Assembly: GCA_029055625.1 (NCBI GenBank)
Contig: JAIDCY010000027.1
Coordinates: forward strand, 226-64,225
DNA length: 64,000 bases
Origin: Ruminococcus sp.
Lineage (GTDB): Bacteria > Bacillota > Clostridia > Oscillospirales > Ruminococcaceae
Reading direction: 5' to 3'
Shown here piece after piece: positions 58,243-64,000 of this stretch. Made by a program: the position numbers and the translations under genes. Numbering within the stretch: position 1 is the first letter of the stretch; every line of letters starts with the position of its first letter. The notes under the pieces are model-generated. The model saw only the letters and a list, made by a program, of their open reading frames with translations, was not told where the DNA came from and ran no database searches.

Positions 58243-59058
58243 TCAATCACACTTTCCGCACCAATGACAGCCATTACAGCTATTTTTTCTTTTGCAGAAT
58301 CTGCATTCAGGCTGAATTGGAATATCCGTATTTTCTGACGGATAACTAAGTCCTGAACGCTGTGCCTGTACTCTCTGATACGCTTTCGGAATGTGATATT
58401 CCTTACCGTCTTTGATAAAAATATTTCCTGTACCGATAAAGTCAAATTCTATGTTTGCGTTTTCGCACTGGTCATGTAAATACTTTATCCATTCATAGCG
58501 ACAAGGTCTTTTCCCGTCATAATTTTCGCCGTCAGCAAGAACCTTTTCAAACTGACCTGTTGCAAGATACTGTTCTGCATGAATTTCCGATAAAATAGGT
58601 GCACACATAAATGCCTTATGCTTTGCCGGAACAAACAGCAAAATCGGAAGTCTTTCATCTGCACGTTTCTGATTTTCTGTTGTTACGCATAGAATGACAT
58701 TCTCCCAGCCGTCACCCCAATCTTTCGGAAGATGCTCAGCAATTCTTTCCGCACGTTTCGTCTGAATCCAGAACATCACATCGGGACGCTGACGTATCAT
58801 AGCCCAGACCTCTTCACGCCACTTATCTGCTTCTTCCAGAAAGAAATCAGAAGTCATGCAGACATGAAGCAATGTTCCTGACTGAATTTTATAATTTCCC
58901 TGTCTGTCCCTTTTCAGCGGAAGATTAAAGTTTGTTTTTGTTTTGTAAATCTCATTGCCGTCAAGGTCACGCTGAGTATCAAGGTAGTACATATAGCAAT
59001 GGTCACATCCTTCTGAATATTTGCGACAGCCGTGCCAAGGATTCCATATCTGCATCAT
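58243..59058 (-). CDS. DUF5131 (phage Gp37/Gp68-like, radical SAM-related) protein
   Basis: WNPWHGCRKYSEGCDHCYM, CMTSDFF, TKRAER, GVT.ENQ-like CVTTENQ...RLP.L; start 59058. Confidence 0.85.
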   Translation of the reverse strand: MMQIWNPWHGCRKYSEGCDHCYMYYLDTQRDLDGNEIYKTKTNFNLPLKRDRQGNYKIQSGTLLHVCMTSDFFLEEADKWREEVWAMIRQRPDVMFWIQTKRAERIAEHLPKDWGDGWENVILCVTTENQKRADERLPILLFVPAKHKAFMCAPILSEIHAEQYLATGQFEKVLADGENYDGKRPCRYEWIKYLHDQCENANIEFDFIGTGNIFIKDGKEYHIPKAYQRVQAQRSGLSYPSENTDIPIQPECRFCKRKNSCNGCHWCGKCD

Positions 59059-59501
59059 AAACTCTCCAGAAGCTGACGGCAACCCTCGTAAATATCATTA
59101 TAGGCAACGTCAAATCTATCCGTGTACCAAGGGTCTGAAACGTCTTTATTTTTAATCAGCTTGCGGACTTTATTATCGGGGTCACTGCCGAAAATCCGCA
59201 AAGTATTTGTAACATTTCTGCTGTCCATACACAAAAACAAATCATATTTATCATAATCTGATTTTTTCAGTTGTACGGCTCTTTTTCCTTTACAGGATAT
59301 TCCATGCTTTGCAAGTTCTGCTTTTGCAGGCGGATATACAGGATTGCCCATGCCGTTCCATATTTCCTCGGTGCTTGTTGCACTGGACGCAACAATAAAT
59401 TCCGCTTCACGTCCACACTTTTTAAGCATATCTTTAAAAATAAACTCCGCCATAGGACTGCGACAGATATTTCCGTGGCAGATGAATAGTATCTTATTCA
59501 C
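59055..59501 (-). CDS. Low-molecular-weight protein tyrosine phosphatase
   Basis: P-loop FICHGNICRSPMAE, MD..N, DPWY; GTG start at 59501 after GAAAGGAG. Confidence 0.9.
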   Translation of the reverse strand: MNKILFICHGNICRSPMAEFIFKDMLKKCGREAEFIVASSATSTEEIWNGMGNPVYPPAKAELAKHGISCKGKRAVQLKKSDYDKYDLFLCMDSRNVTNTLRIFGSDPDNKVRKLIKNKDVSDPWYTDRFDVAYNDIYEGCRQLLESL

Positions 59502-59627
59502 TATTATTTCTCCTTTCTCAAATGCCGTAAAATACCATGTTTTCAAGGATAAAAGCGTTAAAATTTTACTTCTTTGCATTTAGTTTTCATAAAATACTTC
59601 ATTTTAGCTGTTCATATTATAAAACAG

Positions 59628-62600
59628 TCACTTACTATACTTTTTAAAATTCTCAGCCTGCTCCAATACCTCTTTATAAACGTCATCAATAGTTACAGGA
59701 GGATAATCAAATTCATCAAGCAGAAGTATCAAATCAACCTGTAAATTAGCCTTTATATCCTCACGAGTTGCCCAGTCAGTATATCGAGCCTTATCATCAA
59801 CAATAAGCTTAATCTTCTTTGACAACTCTATCATCTTATCATCAGGATACTCAAACTCATATTTCTTTGCGACTGAACTCAGAATATCATAAAATGCTTT
59901 TTCTTCAAAGTCAATTCCCATATCCTTGAATGAATCTTTTTCATTTTTAAGTTCAGACAGCAAATTTGCTAATTGTTCAGCTATATCGTTAAGCACTTCA
60001 TTCGCATATGCTTCATCACATCTTCTGTTGTTATACTCATCAACAATCTGCTTCAATCTCTCTGAAAACTCTACACCTTTTATTTTATTTATTTTCTTAA
60101 ATTCATCTATAGCCTGTGAAAGAAGTCTCTGAAGAATTTTAATTTTTGTATTCGGCAACTGAATAGAATTGATTCGGTTCAGATATTCTTCGCTGAAAAT
60201 ATCAATTTCCATATGCTTTCCGGATTCAAACAGTTCTTCTATACCATCTGACTGAATAGCTCCCTCAAGAAGTTCTCTGACACGAATATTCATCTGTGAT
60301 ATATCCGGTGCTTCGCCTTTTGTCAGTTTAAATAAAACTGAACGCACTGCACAATAAAAATGAATATAGTCCCTTTCTTTATCAGAAAATTTATCACTTG
60401 AACTGCACAAATTAAATGCCTGCTTTAATCTCCTTACTGCTGTCATAAATCTTGTTTCAATTTCGGAAGAAAGCTGAACATATTCCACTGCTCTGTTTAT
60501 ACAGTCAAGTTGTTCCCTTGGACTACCCTCAAAGAAATCCTTGCTATTAAAATTATGAAGCATCTGATTAATAACATCCAACTGGTCTTTTACAATATTT
60601 ATGGACTGTTCTGTTTCTTCAAATTTATCACACTCAAAGTTTGTGTACTTTCTCAACGCAAGATTCATATTCTTTTTGATACCAATATAATCAACTATCA
60701 AGCCTTTTTCCTTACCCTCATACACTCTGTTTACACGGGAAATAGTCTGAATAAGTGTATGCTGTTGTACCGGTTTATCAATGTATATTGTATCAAGAGC
60801 AGGCACGTCAAAGCCAGTAAGCCACATATCCACAACAATTGCAATTCTGAAATTGGAATGAATATTCTTAAACTGTCTGTCAAGTTCTTTTCTATTGTCC
60901 TTTGTTCCAAGCATTCCGAAAAGTTCCGGTTCATCATCCTTGTTTCTTGTCATGACAAGCTTTATCATTTCAACAGGTTTAAGTTCTTTCTTTTCCCTTT
61001 CAGTTAATTCAATACCATCCGGACATACTTTCTTTTCTGCCCATTCCGGTCTTAGTTCTTTGATTATTTTATAAAATCGATATGCTATATTTCGGTTTGA
61101 ACATACAAACATAGCTTTTCCTGCAACAGTTGCACCCTCAGCTACACGAGTTTCGTAATGATTGATAAAATCTTCTGCAACTGCTTTAAGTCTGTCCGTA
61201 TCACCAATTATTACATCAAGTTTCGCAACCGCCTTTTTACTCTCCTCTATCTGATATTCATTAGAACCTTCTTCTGCACACTGGTCATAATAACGCTCAA
61301 TTTCCTGAATTTTTTCCTGATTCAGAATAACTTTCGCCGCTCTACCGTCATAAACAAGATTTACTGTTATTCCGTCTTCTACAGATTCTGTCATTGTATA
61401 AGTATCTACAACAGCACCAAAAACTTCAATTGTCGCATCAATGGGAGTACCTGTAAAACCAACATATGTAGAATTAGGCAAAGAATCATGCAGATACTTT
61501 GCGAATCCATAAGCTTTATGTACACTATCATCAGTAATTTTCATTTTCCGGTCAAGATTAACCTGACTTCTGTGTGCTTCGTCAGATATGCAGATTACAT
61601 TTGAACGCTCTGTAAGCAGTTTTATATCTTCAGAAAATTTCTGAATTGTAGTAAGGTATACACCACCACTTGTTCTGCCTTGCAATTCTTCACGGAGTTT
61701 TTCACGGGATTCTATACTTACAACAGTTTCGTCACCGATATACTTCTTTGATGCCAGAAATTGTTTTGAAAGCTGGTCGTCGAGGTCTGTTCTGTCGGTA
61801 ATTAAAAGAATAGTCGGACTGCGTAAATCTTTGGATTTCATAAGCATTCGGGTAAGGAACAGCATTGTATAACTCTTTCCGCAACCTGTTGCACCAAAAT
61901 ATGTACCACCTTTTCCGTCGCCGTGCGGTTTCATGTGTATCCTGATGTTTTCAAGCAACTTTGTAGCTGCAAAAAACTGCGGATAACGACATACAATCTT
62001 CAATTCATTGTCTGAACTGTCAGGAAAATATACAAAGTCTTTAATCACCGAAAGAAGTCTGTTTTTACGAAACAAACCTTTTATCATAGTCAGAAGCGAA
62101 TTTATTCCGTCAAGTTCGGTGTCTGTAGATTCAATCTTCCGCCATGAATAGAAATAATCATACTTTGAAAAGAAAGAACCGTATTTATTATTTGCTCCGT
62201 CGCTTATTACCACAAAAGCGTTATACCTGAACAATTCGGGAATATCTCTCCTGTATCGTACAGTAAGCTGTGTGTACGCATCTTTAATTGTAGTATCTTC
62301 ACGGACTGCACTCTTGAACTCAAATACAACTACCGGAAGTCCGTTTACAAATACTATAGCGTCGGGAATCCGCACCTGATTGTTTAAGCCCTTAATCTCA
62401 AACTGGTTTACTATCCTGAAAATATTGTTATCGGGACTTTCAAAATCGACAAGGTTAATAAACAAATCTTTCTGTGCGTTATCCTCTCTGTTAAGGATAA
62501 AGCCGTCACACAGCATTTTATAGAAAGTTTTGTTTGCCTCGTATAGCGTTCCCGAAATACTGCGTAATTGCATAATAATTCCGTCTGTTTCGCTTTTTGT

Positions 62601-62768
62601 AATGCCGTTGTTGCCATAACGTTTATTAATATATTTACGCAAATCATCTGTTAACAGAACTTCCGAAATATCACGGCTTATATTTTCGCCGTTTGTGTAT
62701 ATATATTCCTCGTCCTGAAAAAGTTCCATTATAGCCATTTCAAGAGAATGCTCGTTAAAACTTGACAT
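59628..62768 (-). CDS. hsdR: Type I restriction enzyme R subunit
   Basis: PD...VNGLP.VVFEFK nuclease motif, GATGCGKS, DEAH, FTGTP, VDMWLTGFD; ATG at 62768 after GAAAGGAGG. Confidence 0.95.
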   Translation of the reverse strand: MSSFNEHSLEMAIMELFQDEEYIYTNGENISRDISEVLLTDDLRKYINKRYGNNGITKSETDGIIMQLRSISGTLYEANKTFYKMLCDGFILNREDNAQKDLFINLVDFESPDNNIFRIVNQFEIKGLNNQVRIPDAIVFVNGLPVVVFEFKSAVREDTTIKDAYTQLTVRYRRDIPELFRYNAFVVISDGANNKYGSFFSKYDYFYSWRKIESTDTELDGINSLLTMIKGLFRKNRLLSVIKDFVYFPDSSDNELKIVCRYPQFFAATKLLENIRIHMKPHGDGKGGTYFGATGCGKSYTMLFLTRMLMKSKDLRSPTILLITDRTDLDDQLSKQFLASKKYIGDETVVSIESREKLREELQGRTSGGVYLTTIQKFSEDIKLLTERSNVICISDEAHRSQVNLDRKMKITDDSVHKAYGFAKYLHDSLPNSTYVGFTGTPIDATIEVFGAVVDTYTMTESVEDGITVNLVYDGRAAKVILNQEKIQEIERYYDQCAEEGSNEYQIEESKKAVAKLDVIIGDTDRLKAVAEDFINHYETRVAEGATVAGKAMFVCSNRNIAYRFYKIIKELRPEWAEKKVCPDGIELTEREKKELKPVEMIKLVMTRNKDDEPELFGMLGTKDNRKELDRQFKNIHSNFRIAIVVDMWLTGFDVPALDTIYIDKPVQQHTLIQTISRVNRVYEGKEKGLIVDYIGIKKNMNLALRKYTNFECDKFEETEQSINIVKDQLDVINQMLHNFNSKDFFEGSPREQLDCINRAVEYVQLSSEIETRFMTAVRRLKQAFNLCSSSDKFSDKERDYIHFYCAVRSVLFKLTKGEAPDISQMNIRVRELLEGAIQSDGIEELFESGKHMEIDIFSEEYLNRINSIQLPNTKIKILQRLLSQAIDEFKKINKIKGVEFSERLKQIVDEYNNRRCDEAYANEVLNDIAEQLANLLSELKNEKDSFKDMGIDFEEKAFYDILSSVAKKYEFEYPDDKMIELSKKIKLIVDDKARYTDWATREDIKANLQVDLILLLDEFDYPPVTIDDVYKEVLEQAENFKKYSK

Positions 62769-62805
62769 ATAAATTCCTCCTTTCTGAGTTAATGGAAATA
62801 ATAAT

Positions 62806-63876
62806 TTAGAGGTTTGAAATAGTAGCAAGTACCACATTTTTCAATTCTATTAGTTTACTGATTTCAGAATTATTTTTTTCTATATTTATAAAAAATGAAT
62901 ATACTTGTTTAGAAAATTGTTTCTGTAGCTCAATAGGTGGTACTTGTATTTCATAAGCGTGAACATCATTTCTATTTAAAGTTGGAACTGCACTACCACC
63001 AACAAAACTGTCATAATTAAGATTTTTCAGTAAGAAAAATGTCCATAACGGCTCTGATAAATAAAAATTTTTAACATAAAGTGAGGTATTATGTACCCAA
63101 CAATTACAGAAATATATGCGTGGGTTTCCAATGTTTCCACTTCGTCCCATAACAATCACTGGAGCAAGTGTTGTATATTCATCGTGATATCCTATTGTTT
63201 CAGTTGAACCTGCTACAGGATACAAACCACCATTCATCTTGATTCTTGGCAAATCATGTCCCCTCTGCAACTGTAAAACATCACCAACAACGCCTTTATT
63301 CCAATGTTTTTTACTTGCATTAATAAATGTTTCATTATAAATAGCCTGTGCTGTGGCTTCTAAATTATCATTTATCTTCTGTTTCAGGGCAATTCTATCT
63401 GTAATGGTGCGATAAGCCTTAACTATCTCCTTTTGCTTTTCAAGTGGAGGTACATAAACTTCCATTCTGCAAAAATCTTCCCACGGCATACTGCCCCTCA
63501 CACCGCCAACTGCTATAAAAGTAGCTTCTCTGTCAAATTCGGCTCTCTTAAACCACATATCAAGATACTCGGGCAAAATAATATTTTCATCTGAAACTTT
63601 AAATATCGGATAAGCAGGTGACATTATAGCCACTTCATAATCAGTCTGCATTGCAACCGGAATTTTTTCATCTCGGCTAACCTGCATTAAACTGACAGCA
63701 AAATATTTTTTTCTGATAATCTTATATTTTGTTAAATCAGTGCCTATTATGTTCGCAACAGATTTAATAAAACATTTGTCAATACTTAATCCAACAAGTG
63801 TTGAGACACTGCCATCAGTATTTCTTTCATCAACTTTTTCTATAAGCTGTCCAATTGGTTTATAGTTTGATTCCAT
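62806..63876 (-). CDS. hsdS: Type I restriction-modification specificity subunit
   Basis: Two TRDs each ending in a conserved spacer (VPPLEKQKEIV...IN.NLE; VPPIELQKQF...L..LK..LL). Confidence 0.9.
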   Translation of the reverse strand: MESNYKPIGQLIEKVDERNTDGSVSTLVGLSIDKCFIKSVANIIGTDLTKYKIIRKKYFAVSLMQVSRDEKIPVAMQTDYEVAIMSPAYPIFKVSDENIILPEYLDMWFKRAEFDREATFIAVGGVRGSMPWEDFCRMEVYVPPLEKQKEIVKAYRTITDRIALKQKINDNLEATAQAIYNETFINASKKHWNKGVVGDVLQLQRGHDLPRIKMNGGLYPVAGSTETIGYHDEYTTLAPVIVMGRSGNIGNPRIYFCNCWVHNTSLYVKNFYLSEPLWTFFLLKNLNYDSFVGGSAVPTLNRNDVHAYEIQVPPIELQKQFSKQVYSFFINIEKNNSEISKLIELKNVVLATISNL

Positions 63877-64000
63877 AGCCCAGTCCCTCAAATACAGCCA
63901 ATAAATCAGCCTTTGATTTTTCTTCCTCGATAAGAAGTTCTTTAAATTCAGCCTGTAAAGACTTCATTTTAGTGTCAAAATCAATGTTTTCGTCACGGTT
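63860..64000 (-). CDS. hsdM: Type I RM methyltransferase subunit, C-terminal end (partial)
   Basis: Minus frame reads NRDENIDFDTKMKSLQAEFKELLIEEEKSKADLLAVFEGLGYGIKL*, overlapping the hsdS start; typical HsdM tail and hsdM-S-R order. Confidence 0.75.
   Translation of the reverse strand, partial: NRDENIDFDTKMKSLQAEFKELLIEEEKSKADLLAVFEGLGYGIKL

Noticed and set aside
430-62647. Numerous 60-200 aa ORFs antisense to or overlapping called genes (e.g. 53108..53575, 55035..55628, 60510..61007)
   Set aside because: They lie opposite well-supported genes, lack RBSs and motifs, and are expected shadows of biased coding sequence.

Overview
AT-rich Firmicutes chromosome segment, most likely a Ruminococcus-type cellulosome producer, since four genes carry type I dockerins. 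1-21.5 kb is mostly housekeeping and regulatory: a trmK-Nif3 fusion, rlmA, rqcH, mpg, AraC, GH25, an ECF sigma pair, ThrE, a solute-binding protein, GGDEF/EAL proteins, CotH, tRNA-Ser(CGA), smpB and tmRNA. Downstream of tmRNA the window reads as an accessory/defence region, though I saw no integrase. It holds two XRE-regulated, GTPase-centred operons. The first (22.4-28.1 kb) has two paralogous TRAFAC-type GTPases, a protein with a cryptic +1-frame membrane anchor behind an A9 tract, and helical proteins. The second (32.4-40.0 kb) is the best candidate for an undescribed system. It has three dynamin-like GTPases co-transcribed with a small protein carrying eight tandem (H/Y)-x-(D/N) tripeptides, a SPASM radical SAM enzyme and a B12-dependent radical SAM enzyme, and it is bracketed by two inward-facing paralogous genes. 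Further right are dockerin-bearing cell-wall hydrolase candidates (one GH24 lysozyme has apparently lost its start codon), a 1592-aa exonuclease-RecQ-UvrD fusion, and a type I restriction-modification locus with cargo genes. All family assignments come from motif recognition by eye; no database searches were run.
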